DNA of 32,394 nt, counting the filler, from an uncultured virus (IMG/VR IMGVR_UViG_3300016486_001479) (taxonomy: Duplodnaviria; Heunggongvirae; Uroviricota; Caudoviricetes). It is 3 parts of one record of this genome, joined end to end, with 100 filler letters (N's around TTAATTAATTAA, not from the genome) between each part and the next. Parts side by side here need not be neighbours in the genome. Positions count along the whole stretch, not along the records: positions 1 to 7,519 come from IMGVR_UViG_3300016486_001479; positions 7,620 to 11,057 come from IMGVR_UViG_3300016486_001479; 1 more part is not named here. One strand, written 5' to 3'. A model generated the notes under the pieces. That model made no database searches. It had not been told where the DNA came from and worked only from the letters and a program-made list of their open reading frames with translations. The position numbers and the translations under genes were made by a program. The stretch's first letter is position 1. Every line of letters begins with the position of its first letter. Below, one piece after another: positions 1 through 9,598 of this stretch.

Positions 1-110
1 TGTTTGTGCCGTTTTCAGTTTCATACCAATTTAAGTATTATTGTATTGGTCCAATCCAAACATCGCTGTGTTTATGAAAAAATATACGTTAATTTTCAAT
101 AAGGGTTACA

Positions 111-1307
111 TTAGTAACTAACGGGAAAAGGAATCACATCGTGAATCTTCTCCGCTTTCGTCAAGAACATAACCAGGCGCTCAAATCCCATTCCGAACCC
201 AGCATGTGGAACCGTCCCCCATTTACGAGTGTCTAGATACCATTGCATAGATTTTGAATCCACGCCAGCTTCTTCCATTTGAGTTTTTAGCGTATCGTGG
301 TCCTCTTCTCGAACAGAGCCTCCAATCAACTCTCCAACTTCTGGGAACACCAGGTCAAAACAAATTGCCTTTCCACCTTCTCTCTTCATATAAAATGGTT
401 TGAGGTCCTGTGGCCAGTGAGTGATAAACACAGGGCCTTTGTGGTGCGCAACTATTTCACGCTCTAGTTCAGTTCCTACATCTTCTCCATATGACAAACC
501 AAACTCATCACATACTTCTTGATATGTTATTCGAGAATACCTGGCACCAACCTCAGATTTAAGTGATTCCAAGGTTACTCCCAACTCTTTTTGATGGCCA
601 CTTTTACCAAGTGAAACAGCCACTTTGGCAATTGTCATTCTCAGCATAGACTCGGCAAAATCCATTATTTGCTCTAAGTCATAATGAGCCAGCTCAGGTT
701 CAATCATCCAGAACTCAGACAAATGCTTTCTGGTTGATGATTTTTCAGCTCGAAAACATGGACCAAAAGTGTAGATTTTCCCCAACGCCATCATACCAAC
801 TTCTCCATGAAGCTGACCCGAAACCGTTAAATGTCGTTTGAGCCATTCTGATTCGGCTGAAAACTGTTCTCCAGCACCCTCACAATCTGAGCTGGTCATA
901 ATCGGTGTGTGATATTGAGATACTGACTCCTCATGCATAAACGAGTGTAATGCAAAGCTTGTTTCGCTTCGTGCGTGCATAATAGCGCACATGCGTCGGT
1001 CTCGCCCTCGTGTCTGAGGAATCGTTCTAAGAAAGCTTGAAGAGTGAAATTTAGGCTGAACTGGGTAATCTTCTCCAGACTCGCCAAGAACCTCAATTGA
1101 AGTTGCTTTGAATTCATAATCTCCCCTGGGGGTTCTCCCATCTTCACCCTGCATTTGAATAGACGCTCCAGCAGATAACCCTAGGGAGACTTCGCAGTCT
1201 GAGTGTTTTATTGTTACTTGAAATTCCTCTTGCCCGTCCGTGACGGCTAAGAATGTTAATGCTTTGGATTTACGCACGGAACGAATCCATCCTTGTCTTG
1301 TTTTCAT
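111..1307 (-). CDS. asnS: Asparaginyl-tRNA synthetase (class IIb), compact 398 aa
   Basis: N-terminal OB-fold GWIRSVRKSKALTFLAVTDG; LTVSGQLHGE; motif 2 FRAEKSSTRKHLSEFWMIEPE; ELIGGSVREE; motif 3 PHAGFGMGFERLV; C-terminal DVIPFP. Confidence 0.96.
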   Translation of the reverse strand: MKTRQGWIRSVRKSKALTFLAVTDGQEEFQVTIKHSDCEVSLGLSAGASIQMQGEDGRTPRGDYEFKATSIEVLGESGEDYPVQPKFHSSSFLRTIPQTRGRDRRMCAIMHARSETSFALHSFMHEESVSQYHTPIMTSSDCEGAGEQFSAESEWLKRHLTVSGQLHGEVGMMALGKIYTFGPCFRAEKSSTRKHLSEFWMIEPELAHYDLEQIMDFAESMLRMTIAKVAVSLGKSGHQKELGVTLESLKSEVGARYSRITYQEVCDEFGLSYGEDVGTELEREIVAHHKGPVFITHWPQDLKPFYMKREGGKAICFDLVFPEVGELIGGSVREEDHDTLKTQMEEAGVDSKSMQWYLDTRKWGTVPHAGFGMGFERLVMFLTKAEKIHDVIPFPVSY

Positions 1308-1334
1308 TTGTTTATTTTAAAAAAGTTTGGGCAC

Positions 1335-1361
1335 AAAAAAAACCGCTTAGTAGCGGCTTTT
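1335..1361 (-). terminator. Intrinsic terminator (attenuator) between the leader peptide and asnS
   Basis: Minus strand reads AAAAG-CCGCT-ACTA-AGCGG-TTTTTTTT, a GC stem plus U8 ending 27 nt upstream of the asnS ATG and oriented to stop transcription into asnS. Confidence 0.88.
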
Positions 1362-1384
1362 GAATATCGATGTTTTTCTATCCC

Positions 1385-1462
1385 TTAATTGGACATAACA
1401 ACCTTATTCATCAGCCGATTGGCGATGTTATTAAAATTGTTATTTAGAGAAAATGTTGTCAT
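1385..1462 (-). CDS. Asn-rich leader peptide, 25 aa (MTTFSLNNNFNNIANRLMNKVVMSN)
   Basis: Hand-translated ATG(1462) to TAA(1385); 8 of 25 codons are Asn, including NNNFNN; lies directly upstream of the terminator and asnS. Confidence 0.85.
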   Translation of the reverse strand: MTTFSLNNNFNNIANRLMNKVVMSN

Positions 1463-2001
1463 TGTCTTTTGAAGTCAGTTGCAAGTATATAGATAAAATA
1501 TTACAATACGCAGAATTATTACGATTTTAACCATATAAAGTTTCACTTTATAAAGCGACGACCCATGATTCTGAAGTCTATTAAGGGAATGTGAAAAATT
1601 TCAGTGTTTCTTTTAAAATCTCTATAAGCAGCTCTCCATCTAAAGCCTTGAACTAAATGACTTACTAGTAGAGCAAAAATAGGCTCACAAAATAAGTTAT
1701 AGAAACCCATAATCCCCACCCTCCAGATTTACCGCTCATATAAAGAATGCTGTCAATTAGCCAAATCAAAATAAAAACTGCTTTGACCCAGTTTTTGCTA
1801 GGGTTTTTGTAAACTTTGAGTACTGTTTTTTTGCCACGGACTGTCATATACATAAGTTTCAACTGCCTCCTGGATTGCATTTGTATCGTCTTGGTTCAGT
1901 ATATATGTTGCTTTTTCCATATTTTTTATTTTACAATTATAATCATTTCCAATGTTGGAATAACTTACATTACATTTCTTAGCAACTCAGTAATATTTTT
2001 G

Positions 2002-2643
2002 CTAGCTTCCAGCAAGGGTATTTTTTTTACCAGCCTCCAATAGTATTTTTCTAATTTGATTTCTAATTTGGGTTTCCCAAATAAAAGGATGAGCCTGCAC
2101 GGCCTTCTTGTAATGAAGCTTTGCTGGGACTTTCATAAAAATCTCATACTCTATTGTTAACTTTCTTCCGTCAGCTAAAGTCATATCAATGTATGTACAT
2201 TGGTCTTTTTTAGATAAGAAAGAAAACATTTTAGGACCCATTTCACGCCCAAGTTCTAGCGTTTTATTGCAATAGTATTTTTTTAATTTATGAGGAGCTG
2301 CATCAAACTCAGCATCAGAAAGTCCTGTTTTTTTTGACAAAACCACATCAATATACAGTTTTTTTAGGTTGAAAGGCAATTGACCGAACTCAGCTATAGA
2401 TACCCACCGCTTTTTTTCGATGTATTTCTCCATTTGAGAATGAGTAGCAGCTTCAATTTCGTGGCGTTCAAGCTCTTTTATTTGTGCAATTAAAACATTA
2501 ATATAGCACTTTTTTTGCGCTTTCGTAGCTGCAACAGTTTCGTCTTTATTCAAACGAATGCCCTTTTCTAGGAGATTGTCTATAAAATCCTTTTTTTCCC
2601 GCTTAGATTTATTATTAAAATCTTTTCTCTCGAAATGCACCAT
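2002..2643 (-). CDS. Hypothetical protein with about 7 degenerate ~27-aa helical repeats
   Basis: Repeats such as AEFGQLPFNLKKLYIDVVL, AEFDAAPHKLKKYYCNKTL and DETVAATKAQKKCYINVLI; start placed at ATG 2643, downstream of a CTATTTA motif, rather than the ORF-track TTG at 2700. Confidence 0.7.
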   Translation of the reverse strand: MVHFERKDFNNKSKREKKDFIDNLLEKGIRLNKDETVAATKAQKKCYINVLIAQIKELERHEIEAATHSQMEKYIEKKRWVSIAEFGQLPFNLKKLYIDVVLSKKTGLSDAEFDAAPHKLKKYYCNKTLELGREMGPKMFSFLSKKDQCTYIDMTLADGRKLTIEYEIFMKVPAKLHYKKAVQAHPFIWETQIRNQIRKILLEAGKKNTLAGS

Positions 2644-2648
2644 GTCCA

Positions 2649-2708
2649 TAAATAGGTCAGGTTTTGCTAACGCAAACCCTCTGTAGAAGCTTATTTTCAA
2701 CCTATTTA
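2649..2708. promoter_or_regulatory. Divergent pair of putative phage late promoters (CTATTTA)
   Basis: CTATTTA on minus at 2655-2649 and on plus at 2702-2708; the same motif recurs before ATGs at 5714, 19424, 23057 and (as TTATTTA) 32225. Confidence 0.6.
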
Positions 2709-2725
2709 ATAGAAAGACTTATAAA

Positions 2726-3004
2726 ATGGCACAACACAACGCAAATTACACAATAGTCCCTTTTGCTTCAGGGGCAAATGGGAAGCACATCTGCGGAGAT
2801 GGCGTCTCCGCATCTACTGTGCACCAAGTATACTGCACATCAGGGGGCGCTGTAACAATTGTAGCACTCGGAGGAGGAAATTTAACTGTGACTTTAGCTG
2901 CTGGACAGTATGTGAATGTTCTATGTAGCAGTGTTAATGTTGGTTCAGGAGCTTTTGTTGGCTTTAGGGCACTAGCAAATAGAGGAAATAGATTACTAGG
3001 ATAA
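2726..3004 (+). CDS. Small Gly/Val-rich beta protein, probably virion-associated
   Basis: 92-aa ORF with ATG in AT-rich context, preceded by the late motif, first gene of the neck cluster. Confidence 0.65.
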   Translation: MAQHNANYTIVPFASGANGKHICGDGVSASTVHQVYCTSGGAVTIVALGGGNLTVTLAAGQYVNVLCSSVNVGSGAFVGFRALANRGNRLLG

Positions 3005-3014
3005 TAAAAAACAA

Positions 3015-4193
3015 ATGAGCGCATCAATAATCGGCTGCCTAACAGGGGTCACATCATCAGAAAAGAGTAGAATATACAACAGGATTAAGATGTTGCTGGG
3101 TGCGCCTGTTGTTAAGGTTGAACTTCGTGATGAGCAATTTGAAGCGATGGTATGTCATAGTATTGAAGAATATTCTGTACACGTTGCAGACTGGTTTCTT
3201 CAAAATCAGCTTGCTGAAATTTTAGGTGTACCTAGTGAAATTGATTTGACATTAAAATATGTAGCAAACACGCAGTATTTTGAACGCTCTTGGGCATCTT
3301 CTATTGGTGAACAGATTGGATTAGGTGCTAATGGAAATAGAGAGCTTAAAACAGGGGTTATAGAGCTTACTGGGGGAACTCAAGACTACCTTATACAAGC
3401 GAATCGAGAAGTTATCGAGATTCTTTGGTTTACTCCGTCGTTTATCAATTTGTTTGGTCTTGACCCGTTCGCTAATACTAATATTGCATTTTCAGAATTC
3501 GGCGCATCTTTCGCTGGACATTCAATGTATCACGTAATGCCTGTGTTTGACACTATCATGACTGCGCAGGCTGCGGAAATGAGGAACAGGGTTCGTGGGC
3601 ACGAATACTCGTACAGTATACACCCAGGGCCAGATGGAACAAAACGAGTACGACTATATCCAATTCCAAGAAACACATCGACCGCTGGGTCTAGTGTTGG
3701 TATTGGAGGTGGTGCTGGAACACCAGGAACATGTTACTATAGATACTACGATAGGACTTCAGGAAATGGAAACCCAGAATATTCTGGAACTTCAGCAAAC
3801 CCTGGTTACACTGCATCGACAAGCACTGAACAAGGAAACGGGCTTGTTAGTTCTTTTGCTGATGCAGGATTCCATAATCTAAATTATGACCAATTAAACG
3901 ACAAGTCAAAGAAGTGGGTTCTGGATTATACGTTCGCTTTGGCCGCAAGAACACTTGGGCCAATGATTCGAGGAAAGTTTGACGGACAATTGCCTATCCC
4001 AGACGCGGAGCTCCGATTAAACTCAAATACACTGCTTGACATATCCAATCGTGAGATGGATAGGTTATATAAAAAACTAGAGGATGAACTCGAAAGACTC
4101 TCCTTCCGAAAGATTATGGAAGACAGGGCATCGATTCAAGAAAATCTCAACAAATCTCAAAGTTTCGGACCGCTTGATATCTGGATATACTAA
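3015..4193 (+). CDS. Neck protein (T4 gp13-like head-tail adaptor)
   Basis: N-terminal RIKMLLGAPVVKVELRDEQFE and C-terminal WVLDYTFALAARTLG..RGKF..LPIPDAELRLNSNTLL resemble gp13-family signatures. Confidence 0.8.
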   Translation: MSASIIGCLTGVTSSEKSRIYNRIKMLLGAPVVKVELRDEQFEAMVCHSIEEYSVHVADWFLQNQLAEILGVPSEIDLTLKYVANTQYFERSWASSIGEQIGLGANGNRELKTGVIELTGGTQDYLIQANREVIEILWFTPSFINLFGLDPFANTNIAFSEFGASFAGHSMYHVMPVFDTIMTAQAAEMRNRVRGHEYSYSIHPGPDGTKRVRLYPIPRNTSTAGSSVGIGGGAGTPGTCYYRYYDRTSGNGNPEYSGTSANPGYTASTSTEQGNGLVSSFADAGFHNLNYDQLNDKSKKWVLDYTFALAARTLGPMIRGKFDGQLPIPDAELRLNSNTLLDISNREMDRLYKKLEDELERLSFRKIMEDRASIQENLNKSQSFGPLDIWIY

Positions 4194-4262
4194 TGGAGCC
4201 AGGGGAATACAGCAGGTGGATTGCGGATAGTATCCTTAAAGCATCAGAGAAGGAAAAAGTTA

Positions 4263-4697
4263 ATGGCAAAAAGAAAGAAGGGCCGCAGGAGGGCGAGCAG
4301 GAAGAGTAAAGAAATAGTAGAGATTGATAAATTCAAACGCTATCAGACTCAGCTTCGAGTTCATCATTTGTACCCTGCAAAAAAAGACGGTTTTTGTGAC
4401 TGCGGATGCGGACAAGAGCTATCAGGGAGACAGAAACGGTGGGCAAGCACAAAATGTACAAACAAGGTCGTTAAAGAGTTTAAGATAATCAAAGGTGACA
4501 CTAAGGTTATCCGAGAGGAAATACAGAAACGAGACAAGGACGTTTGCGCCGAATGTAACGAGCCAGCTGATGTGTGGCAAGCAGACCATATCATTGAGGT
4601 TAGACATGGTGGTGGCGGATGCACACTAGATAACTTTCAAACCCTGTGCACTGTGTGTCATAAAAAGAAAACAAAGGAAAACTATAATAAGAAATGA
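4263..4697 (+). CDS. HNH endonuclease
   Basis: CDCGCG zinc motif; RDKDVCAEC...WQADHIIEVRHGGG...LDNFQTLCTVCHKKKT; start at ATG 4263; ATGA-type near-overlap with the next gene. Confidence 0.9.
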   Translation: MAKRKKGRRRASRKSKEIVEIDKFKRYQTQLRVHHLYPAKKDGFCDCGCGQELSGRQKRWASTKCTNKVVKEFKIIKGDTKVIREEIQKRDKDVCAECNEPADVWQADHIIEVRHGGGGCTLDNFQTLCTVCHKKKTKENYNKK

Positions 4698-5263
4698 GCG
4701 ACGATTTAAACGATATTGGAAGAAAACCTCAAGAAGTAGAGGACCATAATTCTACCCAGAAAGGTGTAAGAATGTTTTTTGGAAAGGAAGAGGCAGAGTT
4801 GTTTTCTTCTTTAGGTCGCGAAATCACAGAGGGATGGTTGCAGGAGAGTTTCTTGCTCTACAGGATAGACCTGCAGCAAACCTCTGTTCACCCTCTTTAT
4901 GGTGAAACCAAACATAAAGTTTATAAAGAGTCTGTTGAGGTGTTCGGACGGATAAATACTCAATCCGAGGATACAACGATGCATATTGATGGGGGACCAA
5001 TTAAACGTGGTCATGCCACAATGGAAGCTCATTTATACCTTGAACACTTACAAGAACTTGGTTTAGTTGTTCTAGAGAATGACCAAGATGTCGTTATGGA
5101 TTTAAAAGTGGGGGACTACCTGGAATTTAAAGGTCAGTTTTTCAAAATTCATGAGGATGGGTACGCTCAAATAAACAACCAAAACTCTTGGGCTGGTGAT
5201 AGAAGATTCTACATCACCATAAAAGCAAAAGAAGTCGATGAAGACCAATTTAACGCTAGATAA
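4694..5263 (+). CDS. Neck/head-closure protein (T4 gp14-like)
   Basis: LYRID..T.VHPLYGETKHKVY and LKVGDYLEFKGQFFKI patterns; position between the gp13-like and tail-completion genes. Confidence 0.6.
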   Translation: MSDDLNDIGRKPQEVEDHNSTQKGVRMFFGKEEAELFSSLGREITEGWLQESFLLYRIDLQQTSVHPLYGETKHKVYKESVEVFGRINTQSEDTTMHIDGGPIKRGHATMEAHLYLEHLQELGLVVLENDQDVVMDLKVGDYLEFKGQFFKIHEDGYAQINNQNSWAGDRRFYITIKAKEVDEDQFNAR

Positions 5264-5622
5264 TGAAGGTGCCAGAATACATATACAACGCTACGGTTGA
5301 AAACGTAGTAGACGGAGACACGATTGACTGCTTGGTTGATTTAGGGTTTAACACAACAAACAGAATCAGGTTTAGAATCAAAGATGACGAAGCTTATTTT
5401 GACACTCCTGAAACCTGGAGACCTAAAACAGAGGCGGAAGAAGCTCATGGTGAAGCAGCTAAGGCTAGAGCTAAAGAATTGCTGGAAGGAAAAAAAGTAG
5501 TGTTGAGGTCTGCAAAAAAAGGGAAGTATCGATACGTAGCCGAGGTGTTTATGGAAGACGGAAGCAGTTATACTGACTTAATGATTGCCGAAGGGTTTCA
5601 GAAGAAAGACTCTTACAAATAA
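5263..5622 (+). CDS. Thermonuclease (SNase-like) family nuclease
   Basis: YNATVENVVDGDTIDCLVDLGF..RIRF..DTPET..GEAAK..GKYRYVAEV. Confidence 0.88.
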   Translation: MKVPEYIYNATVENVVDGDTIDCLVDLGFNTTNRIRFRIKDDEAYFDTPETWRPKTEAEEAHGEAAKARAKELLEGKKVVLRSAKKGKYRYVAEVFMEDGSSYTDLMIAEGFQKKDSYK

Positions 5623-5713
5623 TTAATATTGATTCAATATATAATCCTTTTTTTTGAGTTATAACGCACATCCGCTTTCTTTTCGCAACCTATTTACAAG
5701 AAACACTTTGTAG

Positions 5714-7519
5714 ATGTCAATTCTGGACAATATTGGAGACAACTTAGATAGTCAGCACGAGAACCATAACTTCCTGCCTCAGAAAATTGAGTTAGAGGAT
5801 ATTGACCTTGGTGTAAAAAACTTTTTTGAAGGTCTCAACATCACGATGATGGACCAGAGTGGTCGTCAACGTCGCGTCCCTATTATTTGGCTTAATCAAG
5901 AGTTGTTTGCTCAGCGAAAGAATTACTGGGAAAGCTTGACTAATGAAAACGGAGAAGAAATTCAAAGACCGTTTATAGCAGTATCTAGAAAAGGAATTAA
6001 GCAGGGTACATCACCCAACAGAAGAACTATTCCATGGATGAAAAAATTTGGGTTCACAAGACCTAGGACTTTTGATGGAACCTTAATGGGGTACGACAAG
6101 TATATGGTTAGACAAGCTACTTGGGTAGATTGTGACTATGAAATTCGACTTGTCACCTCTTACATGGTAGACGTAAACGTTTTCTATCAAGAAATTCTCA
6201 GAGATGGCTTCTCAGATGGGCAAGGATATATGAATATTAATGGTCATCAGATTCGTTCAATCCTAGGAGAACCATCAGAAGACAATCAGGTATCAAGCAT
6301 TGATGATGAAAGAGTATTTCAGATTTCTGCTCCACTTGTGGTGCATGGAAAACTTTTTGACCCATCTGACCACGAAAAAAAGACCACAATCAATAAGGTT
6401 GTCGTTAAAATGTGTGAGGACGGCTCTGAGAATCAGGGGGTAGCAAAAACTTTTGGCGGTCAAAGCTCAGCTAGACCATTTAGAAATAGCTGCGACCCAG
6501 TTAATGTGTACAGTTACAATAATTTCTTATTATCTTCCGTCGCAGCTGGTCAGAGCTACATAATCTCAGCATCGACTGTATTAAATGTGTCTGGGACTAC
6601 TCTTGCAACGCTGGCTCCAGGGGAAATTTATGTTGTGCCTGCAGGCGCTAATGCGACTGTATTAGATTCTACAGGTGGTACACTAGCTTTAATTTCTGGC
6701 GGGCTAAGCGGAACAATTACAGATTCAACAATATTTAATTCCACTGGTGGAACAGTTGGGACAGTAACGGCACAAGGCGCGTTCCTTGCTCCTGATTCTA
6801 CTGTTTTCGATTACTCAGGAGGAACTCTTGCGAGCTTGGCGCCGAGTGGAAGATTTACAGTGGAAGCTGTTAATATTTTATGGTCATCAGGCGGAACAGT
6901 AGCAACACTAGGGCCTTCGAGTTCATACCCGTTAGAGGCTGTTACAGTTCTTAATCACACTGGTGGAACAGTTTTTAATGACGCCGAACAGGGTCAGACT
7001 AGAAGTTTGTCTGCGGGTGTAGTATTTAATTTTTCAGGAGGAACTCTTGCGAACTTGGCTCCAAACGGAGTGTTTACCGTAGCAGCTGCTACAGGTGTTG
7101 TATCAAACTCTGCTGGAGTTTTAAAACTCGATACTACGCTTGGTCCTGGTGATAGCTTTGCATATGTTGTCTCAGATTTAAAAATTTCAAATAACAGACC
7201 TAAACAGATATTCTCAATTTCTGGTGGAGGTTCCAGCTTTTTCTTAGATGATATATCATGGATTAATAGCGATGGAGCGTCTTTGTCATTTTTGCCCATC
7301 TATTATGATTTAGAAATGACTGCCCCTAATATTGACATAATCGACTCTTCAGGGATGTCTGCTAATACGGTTTTGTCTGGAACTGTTTATACAAATTTTT
7401 CAGGAATAGTTACAGTAGAAAACTCAAATAGCAGCTTTGTAACTGGGTATACTAGTTTTGGGACTTATCCATTATCAGACATAAGCATTTTAAATTCTTC
7501 TGGTGGAACAGTAGATACG
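5714..7519 (+). CDS. Tail completion/sheath-stabiliser-like N-terminal domain plus long repetitive Ser/Gly/Thr beta region (3' truncated at gap)
   Basis: First ~230 aa LPQKIELEDIDLGV..RVPII..RPFIAVSR..WVDCDYEI resemble gp15-like proteins; repeated [VI][LF]N[ST]SGGT[VL]ATL units follow; ORF runs into Ns at 7520. Confidence 0.6.
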
Positions 7520-7619
7520 NNNNNNNNNNNNNNNNNNNNNNNNNNNNNNNNNNNNNNNNNNNNTTAATTAATTAANNNNNNNNNNNNNNNNNNNNNNNNN
7601 NNNNNNNNNNNNNNNNNNN
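7520..7619. other. Artificial contig linker (44 N + TTAATTAATTAA + 44 N)
   Basis: Exactly 100 bp with a six-frame stop palindrome; identical structure at 11058-11157. Confidence 0.97.
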
Positions 7620-9058
7620 ATACAGCTAGATAGGGAAGCAGTTGAAAAAGTCGACGAAGAAGACCTTAAAGGTAGCCTGACGGGTAGCTTAGAATTCGTT
7701 TTATCGAAGGTTCTCATTGACTCAAAGAAAGGTCGTTTTTTGACAGAGATATAACCGATTTTCAAGGAGATGACATTATTGCTTCAGAGGATGCAACTGA
7801 TGTTCAAGAAAATAATATTATTTCTAGAGACGAAAAAAAGAGATAAGAGACAGAGTTTATTCGGTTATAAATGCAAATCTGGAAGAGATACAAAAAGAAA
7901 TTTCTGCCAAAAGATATGCGAGAACATATGGGAAACTAAATGCGCTCACAATTAGCAGAGTTTTAAACCAGATAGCATCAGACTCTGCTTATGTGATGGG
8001 AAGAATTTTAGAGGCTGGAATAAAAGGATATTCAGAATTCAAATTAACAAGAAAAGCAGCAGTCGAGCAGGATAATTTAATTGCTCGTCACTATCCTCTA
8101 CTGATTACAGAGGAGGGAGAGGAAGTTCCAGCAAAAGGAATATTTGGAATAGAAGAAGCGGGAAACGAGCTAGACTTTGTAAGAACATTTACCGCCGCAA
8201 TTACCCAAGGTATTCTAGAATTTCAGAATATTGCAAACATCGACACGACCGCTGTAAACGAAAACGTTGCACACCCGATAAGTGTTCTGGAACTATTTGC
8301 ACCAAAACCATATAATGGCTCAAGTTATACAAGCTTTGCTAAAGACATTTTAGGACGTTCAGCTATAGCGGCTTGGTTTACTAAAAACGACGTTATTACT
8401 GACCCAGGAGATGCAGACGAAGATAGAATCGACGCCCTTACTGATAAAGATATTCAGAACATATCAGCCAGTGACATACGAAGATTGCCAAATTCAGGCT
8501 CAGAATTACATAAGCAGCAACTAAAGAATTTTTGCACCTTCTGGACACGCCTTATCACTCCAGAAGGAACTGGTTTTAAGCTTCCAAATGGAGCATTAGA
8601 CACAAATGTGTTTGATTTAGAAGATTTTCTAAAAACTGATTCAGAAGATGCTGTGGATTCAGTTATTTTGAATTATGAGGTCGTAATTGAACATAATGGA
8701 CAAACAACTGAGATAGAAAAAATTACAACTCAAGAAGAGTTGAAAACTTTTGTAGCTGGGATAAACGACGACAAAAAGAGACCTGTAACGATGTCTGTAA
8801 AAGAAGCCTTAGAAGGCCTTTTCACGGGCGACTTGGCGTCTATAGACCAAGCCAGCATGGCTGGAGACCACTTTATAAATAACGGCGTGCCTTATTTTAC
8901 AGGAGTACACAAGAAGGAGAGAGATTTTCGAACTTTCTGGCTAGCTTATGAAAAAGACGATGCAAATAGAGCAAAAGAAGTCTTAATTGGGCAAGGCTAT
9001 GAAGCAGGTGATAACAACGATGCATCCGCCACCAATGAAAACTTTTATACATAGAGAA
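7620..9058 (+). CDS. Internal fragment of a very large structural protein, with frameshifts at homopolymers
   Basis: Reading can be carried from 7620 into the 7993 ORF by frame changes at T6 (7736-7741) and A7 (7833-7839); probably the same gene as 9599-10561 across the 9059-9598 gap. Confidence 0.5.
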
Positions 9059-9598
9059 NNNNNNNNNNNNNNNNNNNNNNNNNNNNNNNNNNNNNNNNNN
9101 NNNNNNNNNNNNNNNNNNNNNNNNNNNNNNNNNNNNNNNNNNNNNNNNNNNNNNNNNNNNNNNNNNNNNNNNNNNNNNNNNNNNNNNNNNNNNNNNNNNN
9201 NNNNNNNNNNNNNNNNNNNNNNNNNNNNNNNNNNNNNNNNNNNNNNNNNNNNNNNNNNNNNNNNNNNNNNNNNNNNNNNNNNNNNNNNNNNNNNNNNNNN
9301 NNNNNNNNNNNNNNNNNNNNNNNNNNNNNNNNNNNNNNNNNNNNNNNNNNNNNNNNNNNNNNNNNNNNNNNNNNNNNNNNNNNNNNNNNNNNNNNNNNNN
9401 NNNNNNNNNNNNNNNNNNNNNNNNNNNNNNNNNNNNNNNNNNNNNNNNNNNNNNNNNNNNNNNNNNNNNNNNNNNNNNNNNNNNNNNNNNNNNNNNNNNN
9501 NNNNNNNNNNNNNNNNNNNNNNNNNNNNNNNNNNNNNNNNNNNNNNNNNNNNNNNNNNNNNNNNNNNNNNNNNNNNNNNNNNNNNNNNNNNNNNNNNN

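Noticed and set aside
1580..1920. Possible minus-strand gene starting MEKATYILNQ
   Set aside because: Needs several frame changes and has no recognisable motif; cannot be supported
7564..7575. Palindrome TTAATTAATTAA, repeated at 11102-11113
   Set aside because: Centred in identical 100-bp N spacers; it is a six-frame-stop assembly linker, so gene adjacency across it is unproven
7736..7839. Two frame breaks and the 7770-7955 ORF
   Set aside because: Both breaks are at T6/A7 runs near a contig end; most likely sequencing errors in one long structural gene
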